Positions 34,987 through 45,769 of a stretch of DNA of 64,000 nt are shown here, piece after piece. The stretch is from an uncultured bacterium. Its GTDB lineage: Bacteria; Fidelibacterota; Marinisomatia; Marinisomatales; JACNKV01. Made by a program: the position numbers and the translations under genes. Positions within the stretch are counted from its first letter, which is position 1, and each line of letters begins with the position of its first letter. Where the stretch lies: NCBI GenBank assembly GCA_964645915.1, contig CAZYDH010000004.1, positions 7,224-71,223 of the forward strand, given 5' to 3'. A model generated the notes under the pieces. The model did no database searches, was not told the DNA's origin, and saw only the letters and a list, made by a program, of their open reading frames with translations.

Positions 34987-35646
34987 CTATTTCAAGCAAT
35001 AATTATTTTCAAGTAACCAATATTGGAGTTTCTCCAAGTTTTCAAAGACATATGCATCCGTTTCTTTGAGTCTAGAATAGCTTGTATGACCACCTGCCAC
35101 AAGTGCACATTGAGCACCAATTGCTCTCGCCACATCCAAATCATGAAGAGTATCTCCAATAAATAAGACATCGTTTGGGTTAATATTTAACGATTCCACC
35201 CACAGTTTACCTGCTTCTGTTTTTCCATGGGCATAATGATCATCCTGTCCAATAACTTTCTCAAAGTAAAGCGCTAATTCATGATGGTCGATAAGTGTAT
35301 CTAACATTTGTTGTCTCGCAGCAGACAGTAAAGATTGCGTGATCCCTTTTAGTTGTATATCTGCCATTAATGATCGAGCTCCCACATGGAGTTCCGGTTC
35401 AAATTGAAGATTTGTGTATTCTTCAATAAACTCGGTCCCAACAACTGTAAACGGATTTTTATTAAAATCAAAACCCAGTCGTTTGTAATAATCAATAACC
35501 GGAAATGTAAAAATCTTTAAGTAACTCTCCTTTTCTATCGTCGGGAGATCATACCTTTTTAACACAATATTAATTGCTTTTATGGACAACCATAAATCAT
35601 CCAATAATGTTCCGTTCCAATCCCAAATGATATGTTTAATTTTCAT
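34987..35646 (-). CDS. HAD-IA family hydrolase (phosphoglycolate phosphatase-like)
   Basis: 219 aa with motif I IIWDWNGTLLDD and motif IV GDTLHD. Confidence 0.8.
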   Translation of the reverse strand: MKIKHIIWDWNGTLLDDLWLSIKAINIVLKRYDLPTIEKESYLKIFTFPVIDYYKRLGFDFNKNPFTVVGTEFIEEYTNLQFEPELHVGARSLMADIQLKGITQSLLSAARQQMLDTLIDHHELALYFEKVIGQDDHYAHGKTEAGKLWVESLNINPNDVLFIGDTLHDLDVARAIGAQCALVAGGHTSYSRLKETDAYVFENLEKLQYWLLENNYCLK

Positions 35647-35734
35647 GTGTTTCCAGTTATGTAATTCTATTATTCTATTTTAATTCAGTTATTAAGAGAC
35701 GCAGATTACATAAAAAAGACTGTATTTTTCTATA

Positions 35735-36364
35735 TTGATTATGACTATTTTTTCCATCATAGACCCACTGAGTAAGGCTCTTGTAAATCTCCCAGGGAAC
35801 GCTGCCCATCAAAAAATGATCACAATTCCTAGAGCTTTTGCTGACCCACCATATTCCGAATCTGATTCAAAACCAGCAGCGGTTTTGATTTTATTATTTC
35901 CTGACAAGAAAGATATTCGGTTCTTTTTGACTAAGCGCACTCATGATGTTGCTCATCATAAAGGACAGATCTCATTACCCGGGGGTGCTCAAGAAAATAG
36001 TGAATCACTGTCGAATACTGCTCTTAGAGAGACTGAAGAAGAAATTGGAATTAATTCCAGCAAGATATCAATAATAGGAAATCTCTCATCTTTATTTATT
36101 CCGTTTACAGGTTTTACCGTTCATCCGTTTATAGGTTGGATGAAGAATTTTCCGACTGTCAGCCCCGATACAAATGAAGTTAGTCATCTGTTTTCAGTAT
36201 CAATTTATGATCTGATTAATGATGAAAATGTAAAACAGGAAAAAATTATTTATCAGGAGCAAAAGATTACGCTCCCCTATTATCATCTTAAAAATGAAAA
36301 AGTGTGGGGTGCAACAGCGATGATCCTTTCTGAGTTTAAAACGATTTTAAGGAAGTTAATATGA
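35735..36364 (+). CDS. NUDIX hydrolase, CoA pyrophosphatase-like
   Basis: Nudix box GQISLPGGAQENSESLSNTALRETEEEIGI, plus an upstream LLF.....RT block as in NudL/PCD1. The track start is TTG (35735); an ATG at 35741 is an alternative. Confidence 0.75.
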   Translation: MIMTIFSIIDPLSKALVNLPGNAAHQKMITIPRAFADPPYSESDSKPAAVLILLFPDKKDIRFFLTKRTHDVAHHKGQISLPGGAQENSESLSNTALRETEEEIGINSSKISIIGNLSSLFIPFTGFTVHPFIGWMKNFPTVSPDTNEVSHLFSVSIYDLINDENVKQEKIIYQEQKITLPYYHLKNEKVWGATAMILSEFKTILRKLI

Positions 36365-36624
36365 AATTCTCACGCTGGCTAAATTCTCTTACCGGGTTGG
36401 ATCACTTTATTATCCTTTCCATTTTAGTAACATCAGGACTTCTTGCCTGGCAGACATTAAAATTCATCCAAACTTGGTATAATGAACAACAAAAAGACAA
36501 TCCATATGCAAAGGAAATGCGGATATCACCTATAGCAATATTTTCTATTACCGTTCCATACAGTCTTATAATTTATCGTTTAATTGGAGTTTATTTTACG
36601 GCGTGGTTAAAACAGATATTCTGA
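36361..36624 (+). CDS. Hypothetical small membrane protein
   Basis: 87 aa with two hydrophobic helices and a 4-nt ATGA overlap with the upstream NUDIX gene. Confidence 0.4.
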   Translation: MKFSRWLNSLTGLDHFIILSILVTSGLLAWQTLKFIQTWYNEQQKDNPYAKEMRISPIAIFSITVPYSLIIYRLIGVYFTAWLKQIF

Positions 36625-36643
36625 TTTAGTTGAGATCATTCGT

Positions 36644-37153
36644 TTATAATTCTTCTGATTCCGATAATCTTAACCCATAATAGAATTGCCCATATTCTAT
36701 TCCATCAAATTCTGCTACCTTCGGTAAATGCCCCCATTTTTCAAATTCGTATTTCTCCAGAAATTTGATGCTGGTTTTATTACTCTCAATCAAAATCGCA
36801 AATAATGTTTTTATTTGAAGGGCAGAACACATATCAATCGCATTCTCCATGAGATTGGAACCAACACCCCTATCATGATAATCGAAGTGCACATAGAAAC
36901 TGACTTCAGCAGTATTACGAAGTGCCATACGTCCGGTTCGGTAAGGACTGAATGTTAAATATCCGACAATTATGTCATCATATATCGCAACAAGAATAGG
37001 GTGTTTATCCGGATCATGTTTTTTAAACCACTCTTTTCGTTCCTCAATAGAAAAAGGAGTTATATCAGCTGTTTTTTGACCTGACAAAATTGCTTGATTA
37101 TATATATCAACCAAAGCGGGAAGATCATCAAGGGTTGCAATTCGAATCTTCAA
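36644..37153 (-). CDS. GNAT N-acetyltransferase, phosphinothricin/methionine-sulfoximine acetyltransferase-like
   Basis: 169 aa. IRIATLDDLPALVDIYNQAI...TPFSIEERKEWF and RGVGSNLM blocks are typical of the PAT/MddA subfamily. Confidence 0.7.
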   Translation of the reverse strand: MKIRIATLDDLPALVDIYNQAILSGQKTADITPFSIEERKEWFKKHDPDKHPILVAIYDDIIVGYLTFSPYRTGRMALRNTAEVSFYVHFDYHDRGVGSNLMENAIDMCSALQIKTLFAILIESNKTSIKFLEKYEFEKWGHLPKVAEFDGIEYGQFYYGLRLSESEEL

Positions 37154-37179
37154 TTTCTTATGACGTACGCAGTGACGGA

Positions 37180-37773
37180 TTAGTATTTAAGGTGATATTG
37201 GATTCCAATACCACCACCTAAACCTATTGGTACAGCTTTCCCAAATATTATGTCCAATCTGAATTCGACCGGAATGATTACTTTATTAGATAATTTGATC
37301 TCATGACCGATTGCAAAAGGGAATCCTATTGTAACTCCAGTGCCATTAAGAAACACATGAGCACTTGCACCTGTAATTACATAATATTGATAAGCGATTA
37401 TCCTTTTTACCAGTCCGCCGGTTTGAATTGTACAAATCGTTCCCCAATTCCACCTTGCACTACCAGTTAAGGATGGATAGAACTTCTTTTCCCAATAATA
37501 TAAACGATGGAACCCAACCTCTCCTCCAACATGTAGGTCACTTCGCACCTTTTTGTATATTTGTAACAAACCTTTATAATTGAAATGATCCCAGCCGACC
37601 AATCCTTCATCGGTTATTTCGGAATATTCAGGAATATCCATCGCCTCAGATATATTCACGTGGGTATATCCAAAATTGTTTTGAACATTTACGTAATACT
37701 GAGCAGAACCATTCATCACAAAAATAAATAGAATTGAGAAGAAGGTTATTTTTTGGATGAATTGAATTTTCAT
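37180..37773 (-). CDS. Outer-membrane beta-barrel protein (porin-family-like)
   Basis: Signal peptide, alternating Gly/aromatic beta-strand pattern, and a C-terminus ending in an aromatic residue (QYHLKY). Confidence 0.55.
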   Translation of the reverse strand: MKIQFIQKITFFSILFIFVMNGSAQYYVNVQNNFGYTHVNISEAMDIPEYSEITDEGLVGWDHFNYKGLLQIYKKVRSDLHVGGEVGFHRLYYWEKKFYPSLTGSARWNWGTICTIQTGGLVKRIIAYQYYVITGASAHVFLNGTGVTIGFPFAIGHEIKLSNKVIIPVEFRLDIIFGKAVPIGLGGGIGIQYHLKY

Positions 37774-37810
37774 AATGTCTTCCGATAATTGATTTAAGGA
37801 ATATCTGATA

Positions 37811-38662
37811 CTATTTCTTTTTTTTCTTTCTCATGGCTGCAAGCAATGACCAAGCTGCATTTGGAACTTTTTCTAGATCATTAAATTCACCGGCTCCTTT
37901 CAACCATTCACCACCATCAATTGTCACGACCTCACCGTTGATATATGCGGCGTAATCACTAACTAGAAATGATGCGAGATTGGTTAATTCATCGTGTTCT
38001 CCAAATCGATTGAGAGGAATACGTTTTTTCATCTTTTTTTCAATTCCCAGTCCCGGTGGAACCAATCGACTCCATGCTCCTTCAGTTGGGAAGGGTCCTG
38101 GGGCAATAGCAACTGATCGAATTCCGTCTTTCGCCCATTCTACTGCCAATGAACGGGTAAGTGCTAAGACACCCGCCTTTGCTGCTGCAGATGGTACAAC
38201 ATATCCACTTCCTGTCCATGCATATGTTGTCACAATATTTAAAATAGTTCCCTTTCCATTTTTTCTCATCTCTTTTCCAACAGCTTGTGTCATATTGAAT
38301 GTTCCATTTAGAACAATATCGACAACAACTTTGAAAGCTCCTTCAGATAAATATTTTGTGGGAGAAATGAAATTCCCGGCTGCGTTATTGACTAAAATAT
38401 CAATTGAGCCAAAAGTCTCTATTGCTTTGGATACTACATTTTTTATTTCAGCCGGTTTTCGCACATCACACGCAATTGCAAGGACATTTGCTCCGGTTTT
38501 CTTTAATTCAACCGCCGCATCATCCAGAACATCTTGTTTTCGACTGGAAATAACTAAATTTGCTCCTAACTCACCAAACCTATAAGCCATGGATTTTCCC
38601 AATCCGGTTCCTCCTCCGGTAATAATAATCGTCTTTTCTTTTAATAAATCAGATTGAAACAT
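37811..38662 (-). CDS. SDR family oxidoreductase, 2,4-dienoyl-CoA reductase-like
   Basis: 283 aa with TGGGTGLG cofactor motif, NNAAGNF, and the SAAKAG active-site region seen in the DECR-like subgroup. Confidence 0.8.
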   Translation of the reverse strand: MFQSDLLKEKTIIITGGGTGLGKSMAYRFGELGANLVISSRKQDVLDDAAVELKKTGANVLAIACDVRKPAEIKNVVSKAIETFGSIDILVNNAAGNFISPTKYLSEGAFKVVVDIVLNGTFNMTQAVGKEMRKNGKGTILNIVTTYAWTGSGYVVPSAAAKAGVLALTRSLAVEWAKDGIRSVAIAPGPFPTEGAWSRLVPPGLGIEKKMKKRIPLNRFGEHDELTNLASFLVSDYAAYINGEVVTIDGGEWLKGAGEFNDLEKVPNAAWSLLAAMRKKKKK

Positions 38663-38847
38663 TCTATTCTCCTTCTCGAATTAAGGATAAATATACAGAC
38701 AAACTAATATTACGCGTAATGCAGGAGTGAGTTAATCCTTATTAAAATAGTTCGTGATTCTATATTGAACCAGCTTGCCCTAAGGATAAAACAGCTTTAA
38801 ATTACTATAGATGATGTATCTTAATTTGTTGCTAAAAAGGAGTTATT

Positions 38848-40191
38848 TTGCCTAAAAAGAAATCAAAATCCCTTCCAAAAATATTTGTTCTTGATACCAA
38901 TGTTCTTCTACATGATTCTACATCATTTCTTCAATTTGATGAGCATGATATTGCGATTCCAATAACGGTTCTTGAAGAATTAGACAAATTTAAACGTGGA
39001 CATGAACTTATTAATTTTCATGCAAGAGAATGTCTAAGAGTTCTTGACAATATCACAGGTGATGTCCTCTTTGAAGAAGGCGTTACACTTAACAAAGATC
39101 ACGGGAAAGTTCGTGTCGTTGTGGACAACGAATGGGACGAGACACTTTTGTCTACCTTTTCTGAAGACACACCGGATAATCGAATCTTAAACAGCGCATA
39201 TCGATTAGCAAACACTCTCAAGGAAAGAATGATTATTCTGGTTTCAAAGGATACTAACCTTCGATTAAAAGCGAAATCTCTTGGATTAATGGCTCAGGAT
39301 TACACGACGGACAAAGTCGAAAGTCATGATAAACTGTATACAGGAATTCGGTTAGTGGAAAATGTAAATGAAGCATCGATTGATTCACTCCATACAGCAC
39401 CCTATCAATTGGAAGCAACCCAAGTACAGGAAGATATCCAACCTGAACCAAATGAGAATTTTATTTTAAGAAATAATCAAAAATCAGTTCTTGCAACGTA
39501 CGATGCATTTGATGACTATTATGTCCGGATCAATAAAGAAGCTGCTTACGGAATCACACCAAGAAACGCTGAGCAGTCATTTGCTCTAAAGGCATTAACC
39601 AATCCTCGTATTCAACTGGTAACTATATCCGGAAAAGCGGGAACCGGAAAAACATTACTCGCACTTGCCGGGGCTCTAGAATGCCGATCTCAATACCGAC
39701 AGATCTTTCTTGCACGCCCGATCATACCATTAAGCAATCGAGATATTGGGTTTCTACCCGGAGATATTGAGTCCAAGATCGGACCTTACATGCAACCTCT
39801 TTATGATAACTTATCCGTGATCAAACATCAATTTAGAGAAGAGGATGATCGCTTTAGAAAAATTAATGAAATGCAAGAATCTGAAAAACTTCTTATCACA
39901 CCATTAGCCTACATCCGAGGTAGAAGTTTCCAGAAAGTGTATTTTATTGTAGATGAAGCACAAAACCTTACTCCTCACGAAGTCAAGACAATTATAACCC
40001 GAGCCGGAGAAGGAACAAAAATCATTTTCACCGGAGATATTCATCAGATTGACCAACCCTATCTTGATTCATTATCAAATGGACTGTCCTATATTATTAA
40101 TCGAATGCGTGGACAGAAAGTCTTTGCACATGTCACATTAGAGAAGGGTGAACGATCACCGCTGGCTGAATTGGCGAGTGAGTTACTTTAA
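38848..40191 (+). CDS. PhoH-family ATPase with an N-terminal PIN domain (YlaK-like)
   Basis: 447 aa with N-terminal [11 protein letters not shown] (PIN), Walker A GKAGTGKT and Walker B IVDEAQN. TTG start, with AAGGAG 6 nt upstream. Confidence 0.85.
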   Translation: MPKKKSKSLPKIFVLDTNVLLHDSTSFLQFDEHDIAIPITVLEELDKFKRGHELINFHARECLRVLDNITGDVLFEEGVTLNKDHGKVRVVVDNEWDETLLSTFSEDTPDNRILNSAYRLANTLKERMIILVSKDTNLRLKAKSLGLMAQDYTTDKVESHDKLYTGIRLVENVNEASIDSLHTAPYQLEATQVQEDIQPEPNENFILRNNQKSVLATYDAFDDYYVRINKEAAYGITPRNAEQSFALKALTNPRIQLVTISGKAGTGKTLLALAGALECRSQYRQIFLARPIIPLSNRDIGFLPGDIESKIGPYMQPLYDNLSVIKHQFREEDDRFRKINEMQESEKLLITPLAYIRGRSFQKVYFIVDEAQNLTPHEVKTIITRAGEGTKIIFTGDIHQIDQPYLDSLSNGLSYIINRMRGQKVFAHVTLEKGERSPLAELASELL

Positions 40192-40215
40192 ACAAAAACG
40201 AAAAAGAGAATTTAC

Positions 40216-40638
40216 ATGACTGAAACCAACATCAATAATAAACTTGAATTTCTACTTGATTTTAAGGGAATCGAAACACTCAAAAAATTAGCTTTATGGA
40301 GTAAGTTTGTAGGAATTATGAACATTTTAGTTGGAGTTTTATATACGTTATCGATTTTTATCGGAGCAATCCCTGCAGTTATTATTGGAGTCATTTATAT
40401 TTTGATCGGGACAAAACTGAATACTGCATCTGCTCAATTGAAGTTTAGCCTCGAAACGAAAGAATCAGAGGGGTTTGTTTCAGCAATCGATAATATAAGA
40501 TCATCCATTTATTTAAATGGAATTCTCTTTATCATTTCTTTGGTGATCTTTGCGTTAGTACTCTTATTCCTTTTACTATTTGGAAGTGTATTTAGAGATA
40601 TATTATATGAGCTTACCGGGAATTATTCTCTTATATAA
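40216..40638 (+). CDS. Hypothetical membrane protein
   Basis: 140 aa with 3-4 hydrophobic helices and no recognisable motif. Confidence 0.45.
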   Translation: MTETNINNKLEFLLDFKGIETLKKLALWSKFVGIMNILVGVLYTLSIFIGAIPAVIIGVIYILIGTKLNTASAQLKFSLETKESEGFVSAIDNIRSSIYLNGILFIISLVIFALVLLFLLLFGSVFRDILYELTGNYSLI

Positions 40639-40662
40639 GCCCTCGATTTACAAACCAGAAAT

Positions 40663-40971
40663 TTATGGAACCAAATCCTTTTTGATTTTATCTAATTTTT
40701 CATCCGCTTTTTCTTCAACAGTTTTCTTGATCCATTCTGTTCCTTTTTCAACAGATTCTTGAGCTGATTTTTTCACCTCTTCCAGTGATTCCGGGACTTC
40801 CTGTCCGGTTCCGATCATAAAAGCGATATACAGAACGAAAATTGCGGCAACAACCAAAACAAGTTTAATCAACTTTTTAACGACACCAATCAAAATTATG
40901 ATCGACAGAACAACAGCGATCATCAGATATAATGGATTCGACGTTAATGTGTTTATTATATTTTCTAACAT
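40663..40971 (-). CDS. Hypothetical small membrane protein with a charged C-terminal tail
   Basis: 102 aa with two TM helices, then a Glu/Lys-rich tail. Confidence 0.4.
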   Translation of the reverse strand: MLENIINTLTSNPLYLMIAVVLSIIILIGVVKKLIKLVLVVAAIFVLYIAFMIGTGQEVPESLEEVKKSAQESVEKGTEWIKKTVEEKADEKLDKIKKDLVP

Positions 40972-40992
40972 TCTAAGTGCCCTTTGTCCTTT

Positions 40993-41928
40993 TTATTCTG
41001 TTTTAGATCGTTGTATAAATTTGGTTTTAGCTCGATTAATCAATCCGCTTTTCTTTTCATATTCATCAATTAATTCTAATACCCGCGGATCACTCGACAT
41101 CTCTATCGTTAACGCTTCTAACCATCCTCTCTTCGAAATAATTTCCTTTTTAGAGTTAAAACGGATTTTTATCACTCCCATATAATAACCGTCTTTACCG
41201 ATTTGGGTAATTAGTGTCCCGTTAATTTCTTCGGGTGTCTTCACCAGAGATTGACTATGACTTCCGATTATAACATCGATCCCTGAAATTGTTTCAGCAA
41301 GTTTCTTGTCTTGATCAAGTCCTTGATGTGTTAAAACAATTAAGATATCAACTTTGTTTCTTAATTTTTTTATCTTTGATCGAACGACTGTAACAGGATC
41401 AGGAACTTGAATGGAGGCCTGTACTTCCTTGGGATAATATCGAAATATATTTTTATTGATCACTCCAATAATCCCTATTTTCTTTCTTCCTCTCAAAATG
41501 ATCTTTTCTGTTAAAGCACCTTTTAACCATTCAGATGAATAATTAGAGATCACGATATCTGATCCTGTATTCCTTAAGAAAGTTTCTTGGTACATTTGTC
41601 CACGGGTCAATTCTTGATCCCCGGGTAAAATTGCATCATATGGAATTAGTTTATACGCTTCGGTGATCAGACTATCTTTCAACGGACGGTAAACTGGAGA
41701 AAACAGATCCCCTGCATCTACGATTACAGCATTGGGGTGAGATTGAAGAAATGTTCGAACATAATGTACCCGTTTTTCCATCGAACCCAGTGGATGATCC
41801 GGACAATAACAATTCTCGAGTGCACCGTTTGTATTATTGGAATGTAAAATGTAAATGGTTTCAGAATCAGAATATCCAAAATCTGAAGCCAGAATGAATA
41901 ACGTAATATATAGAAATAATGTTCTCAT
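40993..41928 (-). CDS. Secreted metallophosphoesterase (5'-nucleotidase/UshA N-terminal domain-like)
   Basis: Signal peptide, then ILHSNNTNG, DAGDLF, PGDQE, THQG and GSHSQ metallophosphatase motifs. Confidence 0.65.
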   Translation of the reverse strand: MRTLFLYITLFILASDFGYSDSETIYILHSNNTNGALENCYCPDHPLGSMEKRVHYVRTFLQSHPNAVIVDAGDLFSPVYRPLKDSLITEAYKLIPYDAILPGDQELTRGQMYQETFLRNTGSDIVISNYSSEWLKGALTEKIILRGRKKIGIIGVINKNIFRYYPKEVQASIQVPDPVTVVRSKIKKLRNKVDILIVLTHQGLDQDKKLAETISGIDVIIGSHSQSLVKTPEEINGTLITQIGKDGYYMGVIKIRFNSKKEIISKRGWLEALTIEMSSDPRVLELIDEYEKKSGLINRAKTKFIQRSKTE

Positions 41929-42042
41929 GCGTTAATTAGAAAATGAAGGTATTTACATGTAATATTCAAGAAATATTTTGCGTACATAAATCAATTTTTC
42001 AGAGTAATTTTCACCCTGTTTTTTTATGAGTTTTTAACTATT

Positions 42043-42115
42043 GCCACTGTAGCTCAGATGGTAGAGCAGTTCATTCGTAATGAACGGGTCGGGGGTTCGA
42101 GTCCCTTCAGTGGCT
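42043..42115 (+). tRNA. tRNA-Thr (anticodon CGT)
   Basis: Manual cloverleaf: acceptor GCCACTG/CAGTGGC, D-arm GCTCAGATGGTAGAGC, anticodon stem GTTCA/TGAAC with loop TTCGTAA, T-loop TTCGAGT. The T-stem has two G-U pairs. Confidence 0.85.
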
Positions 42116-42117
42116 CA

Positions 42118-42141
42118 AAAGGGCCGTAAAGCCCTTTTTTT
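42118..42141. terminator. Intrinsic terminator hairpin (GGGC-cgtaaa-GCCC) with flanking A- and T-runs; probably bidirectional
   Basis: Read directly: aaaaGGGCcgtaaaGCCCttttttt. It lies between tRNA-Thr and the stop codon of the convergent SDR gene at 42143. Confidence 0.5.
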
Positions 42142-42142
42142 A

Positions 42143-42898
42143 TTATCTAAAATACGATGCTCCGTTTATATCCAGAATTGCACCAGTTGTGTATTTAGAA
42201 TCTTCAGAAGCAAGATATAGAATTGCACGTGCGATCTCAATCGGTTCAGCCATTCTCTTTAAGGGAGTATCTTTTAAAAGGTTTACTTTTTCTTTATCTG
42301 TCAAGAAGTCTTCTCCCATCTCCGTTTTTGTAAATCCGGGCGCAACAGCATTGACATAGATATTATATTTCCCCAATGCTTTCGCCATCGACTGAGTCAA
42401 AGAATTTAAGCCTGCTTTACTTACTCCGTATGCCATTTGATGAGGTTCTCCTCTAAAGGCACCACGGGAAGACACATTTATAATTCTACCTCCGTTATTC
42501 TTTATCATCTCTTTGGAAACCAGATAACTTATATTCGCAACCGAGATCAAATTTGTTTTTAGAATATTGTCCCAAGCATTCACCCATGTTTTATACTCCA
42601 CCTGATCAATGGGATGAAAATCTGAAATCCCTGCATTATTCACAAGAATGTCGATGGAGCCAAAGGATTTTACAAAACTTTCAATGAGTCTTTTTGCTTT
42701 TGACTCTTTTGAAATATCTGCTTTAAAAATATGATGTCCCTCACCTTGAAGCTCCTTTATTGTATTATGTGCAGCATTGTCATCGTCATGATAATTGATG
42801 CCAACCAAAGCACCTAGTTTAGAAAATTCAATGGCTGTTTGACGTCCAATTCCCTTCGATCCACCGGTAATCAATACCTTTTTCCCAATAAACTCCAT
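42143..42898 (-). CDS. SDR family oxidoreductase (FabG-like 3-oxoacyl reductase)
   Basis: 251 aa with TGGSKGIG, NNAG and YxxxK (YGVSKAG). Confidence 0.85.
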   Translation of the reverse strand: MEFIGKKVLITGGSKGIGRQTAIEFSKLGALVGINYHDDDNAAHNTIKELQGEGHHIFKADISKESKAKRLIESFVKSFGSIDILVNNAGISDFHPIDQVEYKTWVNAWDNILKTNLISVANISYLVSKEMIKNNGGRIINVSSRGAFRGEPHQMAYGVSKAGLNSLTQSMAKALGKYNIYVNAVAPGFTKTEMGEDFLTDKEKVNLLKDTPLKRMAEPIEIARAILYLASEDSKYTTGAILDINGASYFR

Positions 42899-42926
42899 AT
42901 TAATTTCCTTTATTTATCAATACAAA

Positions 42927-43844
42927 TCAGGTTTCAATGATCGATGCAAATGTCCTCTTGATTCCATACCGATATTTCACGGATGGATAACCAAAGATTA
43001 CAAAGAGTCCTTCTCTGCTTTTGTATTTAATTTTATGATCTTCTCTAAATTTCTTCGCTTTTTTTCCTACTTGAATAAAAGGATGGATCCCCCCTATCAT
43101 ACACGAGCCTAATCCAAGGCTTTCTCCGGCGATCATTGCGTATGTTGCTGCAATAATTGGATCAGCGGGATCTGAGTAAGGTGTCCCATAAAAATAAATA
43201 GCCAAAGGAGCACTGTAATTGATCAAATTATTCCCTTTGTCCATTTCATCCGTATAGGCTGTGTAAAGAGGTTTCATGAATTCATTTAACATTTCTGTTG
43301 TCTCTTTACTACTGAATAATCGCAAAAGCCCCAGAACAAACTTCGAGGTAATAAATTTTATTCCTTTTAAATACTCTGAAAAGTCTTTTGCGAACTGCTC
43401 TGTCTTATCTCGCCCATTCAAGACTAATAGGTGTACATCGGATGGTGGAATCCCCATCGGGGCCGTCTTGGCTGCCGAAATAATCTGATCGATCTTATCA
43501 GATTCGACTTCTCTATTCTCAAACTCACGTATACTTCTCCGATGCTGAAATAATGAAAGCAATTGATGATAATCTGCCATATCTTCTTTGGGTGGTATTC
43601 GGAATAAATCTTTTGGCGAAGTTTCCCTTTTATTGATTTCTATTGCCCCGGTTGGACATATCGCCATGCAATGCCCGCAGCCAACACATCCAAACATGGA
43701 AGAAGAAATGACCTCCACCAAATTGTTTTCAAGTTTTAGATTGAATCCTTTACATACTGTAATACATTTTCCGCACCCATTACACAACGAAGGGATAATG
43801 GTAATTTCGGCACTGTCTTTTACTCTTGATGTTGGTAAAGCCAT
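42927..43844 (-). CDS. Nitroreductase-family protein with an N-terminal 2x[4Fe-4S] ferredoxin domain
   Basis: CNGCGKCITVC and CVGCGHCMAICP clusters, followed by the RRSIREF nitroreductase block. Confidence 0.7.
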   Translation of the reverse strand: MALPTSRVKDSAEITIIPSLCNGCGKCITVCKGFNLKLENNLVEVISSSMFGCVGCGHCMAICPTGAIEINKRETSPKDLFRIPPKEDMADYHQLLSLFQHRRSIREFENREVESDKIDQIISAAKTAPMGIPPSDVHLLVLNGRDKTEQFAKDFSEYLKGIKFITSKFVLGLLRLFSSKETTEMLNEFMKPLYTAYTDEMDKGNNLINYSAPLAIYFYGTPYSDPADPIIAATYAMIAGESLGLGSCMIGGIHPFIQVGKKAKKFREDHKIKYKSREGLFVIFGYPSVKYRYGIKRTFASIIET

Positions 43845-43901
43845 AATGAGCTCGATTATTGTTGATTAATATCGACCCTAAGTTGACGAGTGAGTATCAC
43901 A

Positions 43902-44324
43902 TTAAAATTTTTCTACATCCAATAATTCCACTTCAAATATCAACGTAGCGTTTGGAGGGATCACACCTCCTGCACCCTGTGCACCATATCCTAATTCCGA
44001 GGGAATGGTTAATGTGCGTTTTCCACCAACTTTCATTCCATCAAATCCTTCATCCCAACCTTTAATTACCATCCCCACGCCTAAAGTAAAAACAAAAGGT
44101 TCTCTTCCCGGACTTTTAGAAGAATCAAATATGCTACCGTCTTCTAGTCTCCCGGTATAATGTACGGTGATCTTGTCCATTTTTTCTGCAAGGACACCTT
44201 CTCCAATTTGTTGGTCTGTTATTTTTAATCCGCTTTCCATTACAATCTCCTTTGGTGATGTACATCCACTATTCATTAATAAAAGTATATTCATTGAGAA
44301 CAATATTGATAAGATGTTTTTCAT
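43902..44324 (-). CDS. FKBP-type peptidyl-prolyl cis-trans isomerase (lipoprotein)
   Basis: Lipobox (NSGC) and FKBP blocks VHYTGRLEDGSIFDSS, VIKGWDEG and IPSELGYG. Confidence 0.9.
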   Translation of the reverse strand: MKNILSILFSMNILLLMNSGCTSPKEIVMESGLKITDQQIGEGVLAEKMDKITVHYTGRLEDGSIFDSSKSPGREPFVFTLGVGMVIKGWDEGFDGMKVGGKRTLTIPSELGYGAQGAGGVIPPNATLIFEVELLDVEKF

Positions 44325-44469
44325 ATTCTCTCCTTAGCGAAAGTAAAAGTTACAAAAGTTTTTTGCTTGAAAGTTCTTGTATTTTTCTATTGAAATTGCG
44401 GATCAACAATTGTCTCCTTGCTGATAAATCACATCTTTTTTTAATTCCACAGACTGAATAAATTGAGGT

Positions 44470-45768
44470 ATGGTACAAGAGACAGAATCTCCGTTTAATC
44501 AACATCTCCCGCCACTGGCAGACAGGGTACGTCCAAAAATAATTGATGAATTTCTGGGACAGACACACTTAACCGGTCCAGGGAAAATACTTTCAAAGAT
44601 CATGCAAAGTAACTCCATTTTCTCAATGATCTTGTGGGGTCCTCCCGGAACGGGAAAAACAACACTAGCCAGAATAATTGCTCAATCGGTTGATGCTGAT
44701 ATTTATGAAGTTTCCGCAGTCTCAAGTGGTGTAAAAGATCTGCGAAAAATTATAGCTACTGCAGTGACCAATAAACAAATCGGTCGATTAACCATTTTAT
44801 TTATTGACGAAATCCATAGATTCAGTAAATCACAACAAGATGCCTTATTGCATGCAGTTGAAGAAGGTACTGTGACATTGATAGGAGCAACGACCGAAAA
44901 TCCATCTTTTGAAGTCATTTCCCCCTTACTCTCACGCTGTCGTGTGCTTGTGCTAAAATCATTATCTGAGACAGCACTTTCTTCCATTTTAGAGCAAGCT
45001 TTTGAAAAGGATATTCTATTTCAAAACAACTCAATTAAATTAGATCCTCAAGTAAAAACAAATCTAATTCAGTCATCAGGTGGTGACGCTCGTAAAATGA
45101 TGAACACTTTGGATGTCTGTATAAATCTTGCAGGACAAACCGGACATATCACACCTGAAATTCTTTCTGAAGCTTTACAACACAAAACTCAGATTTATGA
45201 CAAACAGGGTGACTATCATTATGACACGATAAGTGCATTTATAAAGTCTGTCCGTGGTAGCGATCCGGATGCAGCGGTATATTGGTTAGCAGTTATGCTT
45301 GAAGGTGGAGAAAAACCGGAGTTTATTGCTCGACGCTTAATTATTCTAGCTTCAGAAGATATTGGGAATGCCGATCCGATGGGATTATCAGTTGCTGTCT
45401 CAGGTTTTCAGGCAGTCCATATGATCGGATTACCTGAAGCTGCCATTATCTTATCCCAGGTAACAACATATCTAGCAAGTGCCCCAAAATCAAATGCAGC
45501 TAATTCTGCGATCCAAAAAGCTATGCAAGATGTAAAAAATGATGGAACTCCAAATGTCCCTCTGCATTTACGTAATGCACCTACAAGCCTAATGAAATCA
45601 TTGGATTACGGAAAAGATTATGACTATCCACACAATCATCCTGATCATTTTACTCCGGTAAATTATTTCCCTGATGGGCAACAAAACTCTTATTATAAAC
45701 CTAGTAACCTTGGGTATGAAAAATACATTTTATCTCGACTGAAAAAGTATTGGGAAAAACGATACTAA
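44470..45768 (+). CDS. rarA: Replication-associated recombination protein A (AAA+ ATPase)
   Basis: 432 aa with LWGPPGTGKTT, FIDEIHRF and the MgsA C-terminal blocks (YDxxSAFIKSxRGSDPDAA, YxYPH). Confidence 0.9.
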   Translation: MVQETESPFNQHLPPLADRVRPKIIDEFLGQTHLTGPGKILSKIMQSNSIFSMILWGPPGTGKTTLARIIAQSVDADIYEVSAVSSGVKDLRKIIATAVTNKQIGRLTILFIDEIHRFSKSQQDALLHAVEEGTVTLIGATTENPSFEVISPLLSRCRVLVLKSLSETALSSILEQAFEKDILFQNNSIKLDPQVKTNLIQSSGGDARKMMNTLDVCINLAGQTGHITPEILSEALQHKTQIYDKQGDYHYDTISAFIKSVRGSDPDAAVYWLAVMLEGGEKPEFIARRLIILASEDIGNADPMGLSVAVSGFQAVHMIGLPEAAIILSQVTTYLASAPKSNAANSAIQKAMQDVKNDGTPNVPLHLRNAPTSLMKSLDYGKDYDYPHNHPDHFTPVNYFPDGQQNSYYKPSNLGYEKYILSRLKKYWEKRY

Positions 45769-45769
45769 A

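Noticed and set aside
37980-38585. 201-aa plus-strand ORF antisense to the SDR gene, and similar long antisense ORFs at 32067-32528, 9388-9759, 8381-8731, 16625-17011 and 6808-7158
   Set aside because: All are fully embedded antisense to genes with strong family motifs. Their translations are low-complexity (Ser/Pro/Phe/Ile-rich) with no motifs. These are typical shadow ORFs created by the codon bias of the real gene.
38682-38790. 10-nt direct repeat TAAGGATAAA (38682-38691 and 38781-38790) in the SDR / PhoH intergenic region
   Set aside because: It is too short and AT-rich to distinguish from chance, and no flanking symmetry or associated gene suggests a binding-site pair.
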